The translations under genes and the position numbers were made by a program. Under the pieces are notes generated by a model that worked only from the letters and a program-made list of their open reading frames with translations, was not told the DNA's origin and did no database searches. Positions 40,382 through 50,860 of a DNA stretch of 64,000 bases are shown one piece after another (within the stretch, counting starts at the first letter, position 1; each line of letters opens with the position of its first letter). Source of the stretch: Acidimicrobiia bacterium (GTDB lineage: Bacteria > Actinomycetota > Acidimicrobiia > Spongiisociales > ZC4RG35); NCBI GenBank assembly GCA_036375695.1, contig DASVBU010000021.1, positions 27,329 to 91,328 on the forward strand. The letters are read 5' to 3'.

Positions 40382-41791
40382 ATGAAGTCACGATGGCTAT
40401 TGAGCCTGGTGGCCTTGTCGCTCGTGATCGCCGCCTGCGGAGGGAATGGTGGTGCCACCACCACGACCGCCGCGCCCGAGGAGACGACCACGACGGGTGG
40501 TGGTGACACCACGACAACCACCACGGGCTCGGGTGAGATCGAGTACGACGTGGGTGTCACGCCCGCTCCATGTGAGGACGCGGTCAACGATGGGAACGGG
40601 TGTATCTACCTGGGGATCATCTCCGACCTCACGACCGGGCCGTTCGCCGCTCTCGGTGTCCCGCTGACCGCCGCCCAGCGCCATTTCTGGAACCAGGTCA
40701 ACGCCGACGGCGGGCTCGACGGATTCGACGTCATCATCCGTGACGACGACGTCATCGACGCCCACTACACCCCGGAGGACACCGCGGCCGGCTACGAGAC
40801 CATCCGCGGCCGGGTCCTGGCATTGGCCCAATCGCTGGGCACGCCACAGACCCAGAGCATCATCGACCGGATGGAGGAAGACAACGTCGTCGCCGCACCG
40901 GCCACGTGGTGGTCCGGATGGAACTTCCCCGAGGAGGAAAACGGCCTCATCCTCGAGTCGGGTGCCTCGTACTGCATCGAGGCCATGAACGGGATGTCGT
41001 TCATGTCGACGGTGATGCCGGAAGGGTTCACCTGGGCGCTCGTTCGCTTCCCGGGCGACTACGGCGGCGACTACGGCGCCGGCGCTCTCATCGCAGCCTC
41101 GATGCTCGGTCTGGGCGACCCGTTGTTCGACCTCCAGCTGGTCCCGATCTCGGCCGGTGGCGCCGTCACCGAGGCGGTGGGGCGGATCGTCGCCGAGAAG
41201 CCGGACCTGATCGTCCTCGTCTCGGGCCCGGTGGAGATGGCACAGATCGCGGCGGGCACCTTCCAGGGTGGCCACACCGAGTTCCAGATCCTGGGCGCCA
41301 GCCCGACCTGGAACGTGGCCCTGAAGGCCAACGCCGACCTGATGCCGCTCCTCGAGGGCGTGTACAAGGGCACAACGCCGTGGGGCGGTTGGACCACCGA
41401 CACCCCCGGTCATGCCGCCATGCGGGCCTCCGCGGAGGAGAACTGGTTCGACCCGAACTCAGAGCCGCCCCGCGGCCCGAACGGCGCCTACTCCGCCGGT
41501 TGGACCTGGCAGTACCCGATCAAGGCGCTCCTCGAGGCGGCCATCGCCTCCGGTGACCTGACTCGGGCCAACGTGGCCTCGATCGCGAAATCGCTGGACG
41601 GTGTGGACTACCAGGGCATCCTGCCCACCCGCAACTACTCCGGCACGGCCAACGACAACGCGGTGCGAACCACCTTCATCAACAAGGCGGACTCCGCCTC
41701 CGAAGACGGTCTGTCGCCGATCTCCGATGGCGCCTACACGGCGGACATCGTCGCCGACTTCGACTACCAGGGGCCCTGCTTCACGGGCTGA
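40382..41791 (+). CDS. ABC transporter substrate-binding lipoprotein (Peripla_BP_6-like), system 2
   Basis: Lipobox LVIAACG; Thr/Gly-rich linker GGATTTTAAPEETTTTGGGDTTTTTTGSG; AGGAGGAGAAGGAC SD. Confidence 0.8.
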   Translation: MKSRWLLSLVALSLVIAACGGNGGATTTTAAPEETTTTGGGDTTTTTTGSGEIEYDVGVTPAPCEDAVNDGNGCIYLGIISDLTTGPFAALGVPLTAAQRHFWNQVNADGGLDGFDVIIRDDDVIDAHYTPEDTAAGYETIRGRVLALAQSLGTPQTQSIIDRMEEDNVVAAPATWWSGWNFPEEENGLILESGASYCIEAMNGMSFMSTVMPEGFTWALVRFPGDYGGDYGAGALIAASMLGLGDPLFDLQLVPISAGGAVTEAVGRIVAEKPDLIVLVSGPVEMAQIAAGTFQGGHTEFQILGASPTWNVALKANADLMPLLEGVYKGTTPWGGWTTDTPGHAAMRASAEENWFDPNSEPPRGPNGAYSAGWTWQYPIKALLEAAIASGDLTRANVASIAKSLDGVDYQGILPTRNYSGTANDNAVRTTFINKADSASEDGLSPISDGAYTADIVADFDYQGPCFTG

Positions 41792-41801
41792 ACGAGGTGC
41801 G

Positions 41802-41845
41802 AAAAAAGGACGAAGGGCCGGTCATGCCGGCCCTTCGTCCTTTCG
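41802..41845 (+). terminator. intrinsic terminator-like hairpin after SBP gene 2
   Basis: AAAAAGGACGAAGGGCCGG-tcatg-CCGGCCCTTCGTCCTTTCGC: 15-bp stem with an A-tract before it. Confidence 0.6.
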
Positions 41846-41847
41846 CA

Positions 41848-41920
41848 GGATCAGTCCCCCACGACCGGAGGGAGTGGGGGAAGGCACCGCCGGCTAGCAA
41901 AGCGGAGCCGGGGGTAGAGC
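41848..41920. repeat. GC-rich hairpin repeat element, copy 4 (inverted orientation)
   Basis: GATCAGTCCCCCACGACCGGAGGGAGTGGGGGAAGGCACCGCC...GGAGCCGGGGGTAGAG is the reverse complement of the copy 1/2 consensus. Confidence 0.65.
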
Positions 41921-41941
41921 CACCAGGCGAAGGGATCGGAG

Positions 41942-42382
41942 ATGGCAGTGCTGCGGATGGACAACGTCCTGGTCGTCGTGAGTGACCTCGAGGCCGCGAT
42001 CGGCTTCTTCCTCGAGCTGGGGATGGAGCTCGAAGGCCGTGCCGAATTGCAAGGGCCCTGGGTGGACCGGGTCATCGGCATCGACGACGCCCACGACGAG
42101 ATCGCCATGCTCCGGACACCCGACGGCCACTCCCGTCTGGAGCTGACCCGGTTCCACAACCCGGAGGCGGTGGACCCTTCGCCCCGGGACCTTCCGGTGA
42201 ATGCACTCGGCTACCGCCGCATCATGTTCGCCATCGACGACCTCGACGACACGCTGGAACGTCTACGTCCCCACGGCGGCGAGCTGGTGCGCGACATCGT
42301 CGAGTACGAGGACCAATACCGCCTCTGCTTCGTCCGGGGGCCGGACGGGATCATCGTCGGGCTCGCCCAGCCCCTGTCCTAG
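41942..42382 (+). CDS. VOC-family (glyoxalase-like) protein
   Basis: 146 aa; MDNVLVVVSDLEAAIGFFLELGMEL N-terminus typical of the VOC fold. Confidence 0.75.
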   Translation: MAVLRMDNVLVVVSDLEAAIGFFLELGMELEGRAELQGPWVDRVIGIDDAHDEIAMLRTPDGHSRLELTRFHNPEAVDPSPRDLPVNALGYRRIMFAIDDLDDTLERLRPHGGELVRDIVEYEDQYRLCFVRGPDGIIVGLAQPLS

Positions 42383-42391
42383 CATCACCGG

Positions 42392-43012
42392 GTGCCCCGC
42401 AAGCTCATCGTCAGCAATTTCCAGACCCTCGACGGCTTCTACGAGTCGACGGACAAGACGTTTCACCGCTTCTTCGACTACTTCCTCCCCGAGTACGGGC
42501 GGAACGATGCCTTCGACGCGCACAACCGGGACCTGCTGCGGGACGCGGGCACCCTGATCATCAGCGGCCGGGAGTCGTTCCTCGGGAACAAGGGCTATTG
42601 GACGAGCGTGCCCGACGATCCCGATGCGACCGAGGTCCGTCGGGAGTTCGCGGACCTCATGGCCGGGACCGAGAAGGTCGTGGTCTCCAACACCATCCAG
42701 CCGGACGACCTGGCGCCATGGGACGACACGACACGCATCGTCCGCGGAGACGACCTGATCCCCGAGATGAGGGCGCTCAAGGAACGGCCTGGCGGCGACA
42801 TCCTCATCCTCCAGGGCCGCCGGTTGTGGAACGAGCTGCTCCTCCACGGTCTGGTCGACGAGCTCCAGATCACGATCTTCCCGGTGATCGGTGGTGAGGG
42901 GATCCCTCTGTTCACCGGCAGGCCGCCGGTGTCGCTTCGTCTCGTCTCCACCCGTACCTACGAGGGCTCGGGGAACATCCTCGCCGTCTACCAGCCGATC
43001 CTGGCCGGATAG
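42392..43012 (+). CDS. dihydrofolate reductase-like (RibD C-terminal domain) family protein
   Basis: 206 aa; [16 protein letters not shown]...[36 protein letters not shown] matches RibD_C/YwjB-type proteins. Confidence 0.75.
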   Translation: MPRKLIVSNFQTLDGFYESTDKTFHRFFDYFLPEYGRNDAFDAHNRDLLRDAGTLIISGRESFLGNKGYWTSVPDDPDATEVRREFADLMAGTEKVVVSNTIQPDDLAPWDDTTRIVRGDDLIPEMRALKERPGGDILILQGRRLWNELLLHGLVDELQITIFPVIGGEGIPLFTGRPPVSLRLVSTRTYEGSGNILAVYQPILAG

Positions 43013-43040
43013 GCACGTCCGAGGCATCGGACCGGTACGG

Positions 43041-43104
43041 CACCCCCTATCCCCGCCCTTCGGGCAGCGGTACCTTCCCCGAGCCCCCGGCGGGGGCTAA
43101 TCCT
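43041..43104. repeat. GC-rich hairpin repeat element, copy 5
   Basis: CACCCCCTATCCCCGCCCTTCGGGCAGCGGTACCTTCCCCGAGCCCCCGGCGGGGGCTAATCC; the stop codon of the converging minus-strand gene lies inside GGGGGCTAATC. Confidence 0.65.
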
Positions 43105-44281
43105 TGGCGAGGCGTTTGCCCAGCGGTGACGGGAAGCGTGGCATGACCACCCGCTCTTCGAGCCACTCCCCCAGTGCCTCGGCCTCTTCGGCGATCCGAC
43201 GGGCGACCCGATCTCCCACCTCGTCGAGCACCTCGTGGACCACGGAGCCGTCGGCACGCTGTCCCCAGCCTCCCACTATTCGGCCACCGACCCAGACCGT
43301 CGGACCGGCGTTCCCCACGCTGTCGAACACCTCGCCTCCGTGGGGGCCCAAATACCAGGCGCGCTCCTTCCAACCCATCGTGGACGAGTCCAACGCCGGG
43401 AGGAAGGCCACGACGTCTCGCCCGGAGCCATCGACCCCGGGATCGTCGGGCAGGACATACGCCGCGGATCCGTCCTCCAGCTCCACCTCCACCGCCTCGA
43501 CGCCGACGAGCGCCTCTCGTGCGAACTTGGCCGTCCAACCGGTCCACCACCGGATGTCGGTGAGAGTCGCCGGGGCGTGTGTCTCCAGATAGCGGCGGAG
43601 GATCATCACCCTGCCCTCCTCGGGCTCGGCTCGTGGCAGCGGGTCGCCTAGCCACTCGTCGGACCGGGCCCACCGGTATTGACTCGACCGCCAGGTCCCT
43701 GCGGGCCGGGCGCGGACCACGAGACCGTCCAGGGCGAGGATCAGAAGCAGACGTGTCGACACCGGCACCTTGGCCACCCATTTCCCCGACCCGATCTCGA
43801 TCTCCTGGGCGAGACCGGGGATCAGATGGGCCAATTCACGGGTCGACAGGACGCGCCCCGAGAGTGTCTCCATCACAGCCTCGCTGAGCCGCTCCACGTG
43901 CGACGCGATTCGCTCAGCCGGCATCACCGCGGCCAGCCAGCCGTAGAAGCGCTCCCGCTCCTTGCTGGCGATGTCACGGGTGGCCCCGGCGTGGAACCAG
44001 ACGGCGTCGTCCCGGTCGAACAAGAAGAGGGTGCGACGGATCGAGTGCATCCGGATCAGGCTGCGCCGGTCGTAGAGGGAGTGCTCCAGGTCGCCGATCT
44101 CGAACCCCGGGACACGGGTCCACATGGAGATGTAGGGGGTCGCAGGGTCCGTCGAGTGCAGAGCTGCCACCGATCGGACCACATCCTCCGGCGTCCCCGC
44201 GGTCCTTTGGTGCAGATGGCGCGCCACCATGCGTCCTCGCCGCTCGGCATCTGAGATCTTCAACCGCCGACCCCGGCCCAT
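43097..44281 (-). CDS. winged-helix DNA-binding protein, AlkZ/YcaQ (HTH_42) family candidate
   Basis: About 394 aa from ATG at 44279-44281 (MGRGRRLKISDAERRGRMVARHLHQ...); N-terminal motif and length resemble the AlkZ/YcaQ DNA glycosylase family; assignment is moderate. Confidence 0.55.
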   Translation of the reverse strand: MGRGRRLKISDAERRGRMVARHLHQRTAGTPEDVVRSVAALHSTDPATPYISMWTRVPGFEIGDLEHSLYDRRSLIRMHSIRRTLFLFDRDDAVWFHAGATRDIASKERERFYGWLAAVMPAERIASHVERLSEAVMETLSGRVLSTRELAHLIPGLAQEIEIGSGKWVAKVPVSTRLLLILALDGLVVRARPAGTWRSSQYRWARSDEWLGDPLPRAEPEEGRVMILRRYLETHAPATLTDIRWWTGWTAKFAREALVGVEAVEVELEDGSAAYVLPDDPGVDGSGRDVVAFLPALDSSTMGWKERAWYLGPHGGEVFDSVGNAGPTVWVGGRIVGGWGQRADGSVVHEVLDEVGDRVARRIAEEAEALGEWLEERVVMPRFPSPLGKRLAKD

Positions 44282-45177
44282 TTCAGGACTCGCGCCGCGC
44301 GCAGGGTGTTCCAGCGGCTCGGCTTGCCCGCTCCATCCTCCATCTCGAAATGGACCAGCCCTCGATGCGTGTTCTGCAGGTTCCACCTGCCGTCCCGCCG
44401 CCTCTTCGCCTGGATCACCTCGAGGGCCTCCTCACAACGAGAGTCGGGGCGGGGCAGGGCCAGTCGCATGTAGTCCATGCCGCGGAGCAGGTCGTAATGC
44501 CAGCGCGGCGGGAAGGAGAACATCGGAAATGAGCGGTGAGCCGGCTCGCCCGTGCTCTTGGTCCGAAACATGCGACGCTCCAGCAGGTACTCATGGCCGG
44601 AACGTCGCGGCGTCGAGGCGGCGCCGGCGTCGGGGCCATCCGAGGCCTGGTAGGCGTGCAGCGCCTCCAGTACCGAGATGGTGGTGTGGAACGACCCGCG
44701 GCTCGACCGCTCGTCACAGTTCCACCCCCCATCGGGGCGCTGCTGCTCCAATAGCCAATCCAGGGAGTCGGTCGACCAGTCGGGATGACCGAAGTACGAC
44801 GCGATCGCAACCGTCATCGCCGTGACGCAGGGCTCGCCGATCACGCTGAAGTACGGGCCCGCCCAAGGTCGTCTCCATCGAACCTTGTCCCGGACGTCGC
44901 GGACGACCCGCTGCGACTCGGCAACGCGCGGCGGCAGACCCATGTGGATCAGGAGGAGAAGGGTGTAGGTGGTCGAGGTCCATTTCGGGACATAGGTGCC
45001 CCCACCCCATTGCCCGGTGGCCTCATCCCTCAGGTCGAGCAGGCGGCGCCCCCAACCCTCCTTCGCCACCCGAGAGCGCTCGTCGCCGACGGCCTGCTCC
45101 GTTTCGTCGGTGAGATCCGCCATCACCTGCCATCGGATGGCGGGATCGCCCTCCATGAGCCACGCCAAGACGTCCAT
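44260..45177 (-). CDS. hypothetical protein with prenyltransferase/terpene-cyclase-like alpha-alpha toroid repeats
   Basis: 305 aa; repeated Q..DGGW-type motifs (LLEQQRPDGGWN, RRRDGRWN); no confident family assignment. Confidence 0.4.
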   Translation of the reverse strand: MDVLAWLMEGDPAIRWQVMADLTDETEQAVGDERSRVAKEGWGRRLLDLRDEATGQWGGGTYVPKWTSTTYTLLLLIHMGLPPRVAESQRVVRDVRDKVRWRRPWAGPYFSVIGEPCVTAMTVAIASYFGHPDWSTDSLDWLLEQQRPDGGWNCDERSSRGSFHTTISVLEALHAYQASDGPDAGAASTPRRSGHEYLLERRMFRTKSTGEPAHRSFPMFSFPPRWHYDLLRGMDYMRLALPRPDSRCEEALEVIQAKRRRDGRWNLQNTHRGLVHFEMEDGAGKPSRWNTLRAARVLKWAGVGG

Positions 45178-45262
45178 CTCGCCAGCCTACGAGCCGACCA
45201 GGACAGCAGCCGACCTCGAATCCGGACGGAGCCGGCGAGAGGGAAGCCGGTGCTGCGAGCCC

Positions 45263-45655
45263 TCAGAGAGCCGGTTCGCGGCCTTGCGTCACACCCCAGA
45301 GCACGTCCTTGATGCTGAGCACGCCGAGCAGCTTGCCCGACTCGTTCCGGACGAGCAGATGCCGATAGCCGGCGGCCAGCATCCAGTCGGCGGCGTACCG
45401 CACGTCGACGTCCGGCTCGAGGTAGTCGGGATCCGGCGTCATCACCTCGGATACGGACGTGATCTCGGGGTCGCCCTCGTCGGCGATCAACTCGAGAACA
45501 TCTCGCTCGGTGACGATCCCGATCAGGTCGCCGTCACCGTCCACGACCGCGAGGGAGCCGGTTTCGTGCGCCACCATCAGCTTGGCCGCCTCTGTGAGTG
45601 TGGTGTCGGGTGTGCAGCTTGCGACCTCCGCGCTGATGAGTTCGTTGACCTGCAT
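45263..45655 (-). CDS. CBS-pair domain protein
   Basis: Start re-set to ATG at 45653-45655 with GGAGG SD; 130 aa with two CBS motifs; the upstream 83 codons of the track ORF are low-complexity artefact. Confidence 0.75.
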   Translation of the reverse strand: MQVNELISAEVASCTPDTTLTEAAKLMVAHETGSLAVVDGDGDLIGIVTERDVLELIADEGDPEITSVSEVMTPDPDYLEPDVDVRYAADWMLAAGYRHLLVRNESGKLLGVLSIKDVLWGVTQGREPAL

Positions 45656-45719
45656 GGAGAACCTCCTTCTTCCCCGAATGGTGGTCGGGAAAGCACTGAA
45701 CCGGTAAGGCCGAACGACC

Positions 45720-46064
45720 CTAATCCCGGGAGCCGTGCGATGGTGCCTGGGGAGCCCCCTCGACGAAGAAGAAGAGCGATTCCGGATAGCACCACCACCA
45801 GTCCTCACCGGGCTCGAAGGAGCGGACCACCGGGTGCCCCGCCTCTTCGTGATGGGCCGATGCGTGCTTCCCGGGCGAGGCGTTGCAGCACCCGACGTGC
45901 CCACAGGTCATGCAGATGCGGAGATGGACCCACCAGCCCCCGGACTGCTCGCACTCGTAGCAGCCCTGCGAGGAGGGCTCGACGTCGGTGAGAACCTGAT
46001 CCAGATGTGCGCACTCGGCCACGACGGCGGCACACACTACAGCCGAGGCGGCGTCATGCCCCAT
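45720..46064 (-). CDS. UBP-type zinc-finger (zf-UBP) protein
   Basis: 114 aa from ATG at 46062-46064; CYECEQSGGWWVHLRICMTCGHVGCCNASPGKHASAHHEE is the zf-UBP Cys/His pattern. Confidence 0.7.
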   Translation of the reverse strand: MGHDAASAVVCAAVVAECAHLDQVLTDVEPSSQGCYECEQSGGWWVHLRICMTCGHVGCCNASPGKHASAHHEEAGHPVVRSFEPGEDWWWCYPESLFFFVEGAPQAPSHGSRD

Positions 46065-46074
46065 ACTTGTCGTC

Positions 46075-46746
46075 GTGAGCCGCGCTCTCCTCCTCGTCCA
46101 CAGCCCACTCCTCGGGCCCAGCTCGTGGGCGCCGATGGCATCCGCCGCGGTCGACCGGGGCCACGAGGTCGGAGTCGCCGACCTGCGACCGGCCCTGGAG
46201 CTCGACGGTCCCCTCTGGCCCGAGATGGTCCGCCTCGCCCGGATCGCAGGCCGACACCTCAGGGAACCGGTCGACGTGATCGCCCACTCCGGTGCGGGCG
46301 CCCTTCTGCCGGGGATCGGCGCCGCCATGGGCCCATCCTTGGGCCGGTTGGTCTTCGTCGACGCCGTGCTCCCGCCCGCATCTGGCCCGCATCGGTTCCA
46401 GGGTCTGTTGCAGAAGGTCGAGGAACTGGCGGGAGGCGCCGACCGACTCCCCTCCTGGTGGGAATGGTGGCCAGAGGACACCGTGGCCCGGTTGGTCCCC
46501 GACCGGTCGCTCCGGAAGACGCTCCAGGCGGACACGCCGAGGGTCCCCGTCGAATGGTGGCGTCAGGAGATTCCGACACCCACCGCCTGGGCGGAGCGGC
46601 GGCATCTCTATGTGCGGCTCAGCACGCCCTACGACGAGGACGCCGAGCGTGCCCGGTCGATGGGGTTCGACGTGGTCACCCTCGACTCCCACCACCTCGC
46701 CATCGCCACGGACCCCGAGGGTGTACTGGATGCAGTCCTCGCCTAG
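46075..46746 (+). CDS. alpha/beta-hydrolase-fold protein
   Basis: 223 aa; LLVHSPLLG...DVIAHSGAG nucleophile-elbow-like motif; GTG start 10 bp from the divergent zf-UBP gene. Confidence 0.5.
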   Translation: MSRALLLVHSPLLGPSSWAPMASAAVDRGHEVGVADLRPALELDGPLWPEMVRLARIAGRHLREPVDVIAHSGAGALLPGIGAAMGPSLGRLVFVDAVLPPASGPHRFQGLLQKVEELAGGADRLPSWWEWWPEDTVARLVPDRSLRKTLQADTPRVPVEWWRQEIPTPTAWAERRHLYVRLSTPYDEDAERARSMGFDVVTLDSHHLAIATDPEGVLDAVLA

Positions 46747-47243
46747 AGCAGCATCAGCACGAGGGCGGCCAGCCACATGAAGCCCTCGATGTTCATCGCC
46801 GCGGACACCCGGTTGGCCGCGGCGATCGCCTCCGGCCGCTTGCCGGCCGCCAGCGCGGTGCGCAGCCCGCGTCGCGCCGGTGTCGTCACCAGGATGGCCA
46901 CCACGACGATCCCCAGCGCGACGGCAGCGCCCGCCCAGGCCAGGAGATCCACCTCTCCCACTCCCAGCCGATAGACGAGCAGGCCCCCGGTCACGGCGAC
47001 TCCGGCGGCGCCGACGATGTCCATGCCGACGGACCGGCGCAGCCGCCTCACCAGTCCGTCCTCCGGCCCATCCATGTCACGGATGGTCTCCCTCATGTCG
47101 GACGGAAGCCCGAGCTTGTTCCCGAACCACACCGATGCGAACGCGAAATGGAGCGCGCGTATCACGACATCCAGGACGTCCACCATCTCCTCCCGGCCTT
47201 CATGGCGCGATGATCGCAGGTTGGCCCGACGCCGGTCGGTCAT
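46743..47243 (-). CDS. hypothetical membrane protein (3-4 TM)
   Basis: 166 aa; hydrophobic segments; no family assignable. Confidence 0.4.
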   Translation of the reverse strand: MTDRRRANLRSSRHEGREEMVDVLDVVIRALHFAFASVWFGNKLGLPSDMRETIRDMDGPEDGLVRRLRRSVGMDIVGAAGVAVTGGLLVYRLGVGEVDLLAWAGAAVALGIVVVAILVTTPARRGLRTALAAGKRPEAIAAANRVSAAMNIEGFMWLAALVLMLL

Positions 47244-47272
47244 CCGGGAAATCCCGTACGCTGTCGGGCGAG

Positions 47273-48835
47273 ATGACGACTCCGCGCCGATCGGATCCTG
47301 TACTGGCCGGGATCCTGGCCACCGATCAGTACCAGCTCACCATGGCCCAGCTCTACTGGAAGGAGGGGCTGGGTGACCGGATGGCCCAGTTCGACTACTT
47401 CTTCCGCAGCTACCCCGACTACGGGGACCACCAGGCGGGTTACTGCATCGCCGCCGGCCTCGGATGGCTCCTGGAGTGGATGGAGGGGGCCAGGTTCACG
47501 AGAGACGACGTGGAGATCCTCGCGGCGCAGCGCACCGTCACCGGCGAGCCCCGGTTCGATCCCGAGTTCATCGCCTGGCTGGAGAAGTACGGCGACTTCT
47601 CCCAGCTGGAGATCCGGGCGATACCAGAAGGCCGGGTGGTCCACCCCAACGCACCGGTCGCCTCCGTGACCGGGCCTCTGGCCATCGCCCAGATCCTGGA
47701 GACCCACCTCCTCAACCGGCTCAATTACCCCACCCTCATCGCCACAAAGGCCTCCCGGGCCAAGGAGGCAGCCCGCGGTGGCGCCGTCCTCGAGTTCGGC
47801 CTCCGACGCGGCCCGGAGTCCGGGTCCCACGCCGGAGGGTACGGGGCCCTGATCGGTGGCGCCGACTTCACCTCCAACACCGCCCTGTCCACGGTCATGG
47901 GGCTCGACCCGAAGGGGACGCACGCCCACTCGATGGTGCAGGCGTTCATGGCACTGGGGATGGGCGAGTTGGAGGCATTCCGCCGCTTCGCCGAGCTCTA
48001 CCCCGACGAGTGCATCCTGCTGGTCGACACGGTGGACGTCCTCACGTCAGGGATCCCCAACGCCATCAAGGTGTTCGAGGAACTGCAGGCGAATGGTCAC
48101 AAGCCCGGCGGGATCCGTCTCGACTCGGGAGACCTCGCCTATCTCGCCATCCAATCGGCGGTCCTTCTCGACGAGGCCGGTTTCACCGATGTGCCCATCG
48201 TCCTCTCCTCCGACCTCGACGAGCTCGTCATCTGGCAGATCCTCTCCCAGATCGACTCCGAGGCGCCCCGCTATGGAGTGGATCCCCAGAGGCTGGCGTC
48301 GAGGCTGGTCTACGGCGTCGGCACCCGTCTCATCACCTCGGAGGGCGACGGCGCCCTGGGCGGCGTCTACAAGCTGGTGGCGGTGGCCGACGAGTCCGGC
48401 GAGATGGTCCCGGCGATCAAGGTCTCGGAGGACGTGGCCAAGGTCCCGATCCCGGGGGTGAAGCGCGTGTTCCGCGTCTACGACCGGCGCGGCCTGGCCA
48501 CCGCCGACCTGGTCGCCCTGGCCGACGAGGACCCCGCCTCGATGTCCCAGCTGCAGCTCCATCACCCGCACCTGGGTCTGCAACGCGTCCTCACTCCGGC
48601 CGACATCTCCGAGATCGAGGAGCTGATGGTCCCGGCTTTCTCCGAGGGCCGCCGTCTCGACGGGTCACCGGACCTCGAGGAGTTGAGGCGCCGTCGAGAC
48701 GCCGACCTGGAGCGGCTCGACCCCGGTGTGCGGCGTTTGGTCAACCCGCACGTCTATCACGTGTCGGTGACCGCGGCGATGCACCAGATGCAGCGGAGCC
48801 TCCTCGACGAGGCGCTCAACGGCGCCGAGATCTAG
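47273..48835 (+). CDS. pncB: nicotinate phosphoribosyltransferase
   Basis: Start at ATG at 47273 ([29 protein letters not shown] is the NAPRTase N-terminal signature); 520 aa; upstream part of the track ORF is artefact. Confidence 0.85.
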   Translation: MTTPRRSDPVLAGILATDQYQLTMAQLYWKEGLGDRMAQFDYFFRSYPDYGDHQAGYCIAAGLGWLLEWMEGARFTRDDVEILAAQRTVTGEPRFDPEFIAWLEKYGDFSQLEIRAIPEGRVVHPNAPVASVTGPLAIAQILETHLLNRLNYPTLIATKASRAKEAARGGAVLEFGLRRGPESGSHAGGYGALIGGADFTSNTALSTVMGLDPKGTHAHSMVQAFMALGMGELEAFRRFAELYPDECILLVDTVDVLTSGIPNAIKVFEELQANGHKPGGIRLDSGDLAYLAIQSAVLLDEAGFTDVPIVLSSDLDELVIWQILSQIDSEAPRYGVDPQRLASRLVYGVGTRLITSEGDGALGGVYKLVAVADESGEMVPAIKVSEDVAKVPIPGVKRVFRVYDRRGLATADLVALADEDPASMSQLQLHHPHLGLQRVLTPADISEIEELMVPAFSEGRRLDGSPDLEELRRRRDADLERLDPGVRRLVNPHVYHVSVTAAMHQMQRSLLDEALNGAEI

Positions 48836-49419
48836 GCGACGTCGACGCCGGCCTCGGCGAGCTCGGCGGCGGCACGGACACCGTCGCCGGGAGACAGGTT
48901 CACCGCCCTGCAGCAGTCGGCGAGCACGGTGGTCTCGAACCCCTCGGCGACGGCGTCGAGAGCCGACGCCTTGACGCAGTAGTCGAGGGCCAGACCGACG
49001 ACGACCACGCGCTCGATCCCCATCGCGCGCAGCTGCTCGGCGAGCCCGGTGGAGGTCACCTCGCCGGTCTCCGGGTCACTCACGTTGAAGGCCGAGTAGC
49101 CGTCCTCACCTCCGGTGCCCTTCTTGACGAACAGGGCGTCGTCGAGGACACGGAGACTCGGGTGGAACTCGGCTCCCTTGGTGCCGCCCACACAATGGAC
49201 CGGCCAGATGCCACCGTCCTTTTCGAAGTGGGGCGTCGTGTCGGGATGCCAGTCCTGGGTGTACACGATGGTCGCACCGGCCCGGCGGGCCTGTTCGATC
49301 TCGAGGTTGACGAAGGAGATGGCCTCCTCGGCGCCGGGTACGTAGAGGCTGCCCTCCGGGTCGGCGAAGTCGTTCTGCACGTCGACCACGATGAGAGCGG
49401 TTCCGTTGTCGTAGTCCAT
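48832..49419 (-). CDS. pncA: nicotinamidase / isochorismatase-family hydrolase
   Basis: Start at ATG at 49417-49419; [11 protein letters not shown]...TQDWHP...C (catalytic Cys in LDYCVKAS) typical of PncA. Confidence 0.85.
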   Translation of the reverse strand: MDYDNGTALIVVDVQNDFADPEGSLYVPGAEEAISFVNLEIEQARRAGATIVYTQDWHPDTTPHFEKDGGIWPVHCVGGTKGAEFHPSLRVLDDALFVKKGTGGEDGYSAFNVSDPETGEVTSTGLAEQLRAMGIERVVVVGLALDYCVKASALDAVAEGFETTVLADCCRAVNLSPGDGVRAAAELAEAGVDVA

Positions 49420-49445
49420 GGCCCTCCGAGGGTACCGTCGACCTC

Positions 49446-50255
49446 TCAGCCTTCGAACGTGTTGCACGCGGCCGGGTTGCCCTCCTCCCAGCCACGGGTG
49501 AACCACTCGACACGCTGGTCGGCGGAACCGTGGGTCCAGGACTCCGGGTTCACCTGACCCTGGATCCGTTCCTGGATGCGGTCGTCACCGACCGCCGCTG
49601 CCGCATCGATCGCCTCCCGGATCTCACCCTGCTCGAAGACGCCCGCCTCCCGGATCGAGAATGCCCACACCCCGGCGAAGCAGTCCGCCTGGAGCTCCAA
49701 CCTCACCGAGAGTGCGTTGGCCTCGGCCTGGGAGGAGGCCGCCTGCTGGGCGCGCTGCACCTCCTCCATGATCCCGAGACGGTTCTGGACGTGGTGCCCG
49801 ACCTCGTGGGCGATGACATACGCCTCGGCGACATCACCCCCGGATGCGCCGAATCGCCCCACCAGCTCGTCGAAGAAGGTCTCGTCGATGTAGATGGTCT
49901 CGTCCGGCGGGCAATAGTGCGGCCCGACCGCCGAGGTCGCCCCTCCGCAGGCGGACGTCGTGCTGCCCCGGAAGAGCACGACCAGCGGCTCGACATAGTC
50001 CTGCCCCCAGTCGGCGAAGATGGCGTTCCAGGTGTCGTCGGTCGAGCCGAGCACCAGCTCCACGAACTCTTCGTACTCGTCCTCGCCGGCGAACTCGTCG
50101 GGTTGGACACCGGGCTGGGCCGGGGCCTGGGCGTTCTGCAGCTGGTCGAGCATCTGGTCGAGCCCGCCGCCGCCACCACCGAACAGGCTGATGAGGAGGA
50201 AGACGATCAGCCCCACACCCCCCAAACCGCCGATCGCCAGCCCGCCCCCGCCCAT
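49446..50255 (-). CDS. neutral zinc metallopeptidase (YpfJ family), membrane-anchored
   Basis: Start at ATG at 50253-50255 before a TM helix (GGLGGVGLIVFLLISLF); HEVGHHVQN HExxH motif. Confidence 0.75.
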   Translation of the reverse strand: MGGGGLAIGGLGGVGLIVFLLISLFGGGGGGLDQMLDQLQNAQAPAQPGVQPDEFAGEDEYEEFVELVLGSTDDTWNAIFADWGQDYVEPLVVLFRGSTTSACGGATSAVGPHYCPPDETIYIDETFFDELVGRFGASGGDVAEAYVIAHEVGHHVQNRLGIMEEVQRAQQAASSQAEANALSVRLELQADCFAGVWAFSIREAGVFEQGEIREAIDAAAAVGDDRIQERIQGQVNPESWTHGSADQRVEWFTRGWEEGNPAACNTFEG

Positions 50256-50394
50256 GCCGCGGCGGTCTTCCACCCTGCCGCGGGTGCTGAGCCGATCCCA
50301 TCGTGCCAAATCAAGACCTCCCTTAATCTGCACCAACCTACCCACCATCAGCCTCAAGCAAGCCTGACCTTCGGCCCTATCGGGCGAAGAGGGA

Positions 50395-50859
50395 GTGGCA
50401 GACACTGGTGCCATGAGCACCGCAGAGCCACGAGCCGGCCTGGAACGAGCCCGCGATCGCCGTCAAGACCTTCGTCTCGCCATGGAGACCCTGGAAAAGG
50501 CCCTGGCCGCGCCGGCGGACACGGACACCTGGCTGAAAGGTGTCCGTGCCGCGGCCTCCGACCTGACCATGGCCCTCCGAGCCCACATCGACGAAGTCGA
50601 GGGGCCGCGGGGGCTGCTCGCCGAGATCCGGCTCGACGCCCCCCGGTTGTGCCACCTCGTCGACGAGCTCACCGCCGAACACCCCGAGCTGCTGCGCTCC
50701 TGCGAGCGGCTGCGACAGTCGATGGATGACGAGGCCCCCGACTTCCGCCAGGTGCGACGCCGGGCGATGAGCCTCCTCGGGCGTCTCTCCCTGCACCGCC
50801 AGACCGGATCCGACCTCGTCTACGAGGCCTACCACGTGGACATCGGCGGGGAGAACTGA
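50395..50859 (+). CDS. hypothetical protein (predicted all-helical)
   Basis: 154 aa ORF with consistent GC3 codon bias; no recognisable motif. Confidence 0.4.
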   Translation: MADTGAMSTAEPRAGLERARDRRQDLRLAMETLEKALAAPADTDTWLKGVRAAASDLTMALRAHIDEVEGPRGLLAEIRLDAPRLCHLVDELTAEHPELLRSCERLRQSMDDEAPDFRQVRRRAMSLLGRLSLHRQTGSDLVYEAYHVDIGGEN

Positions 50860-50860
50860 G

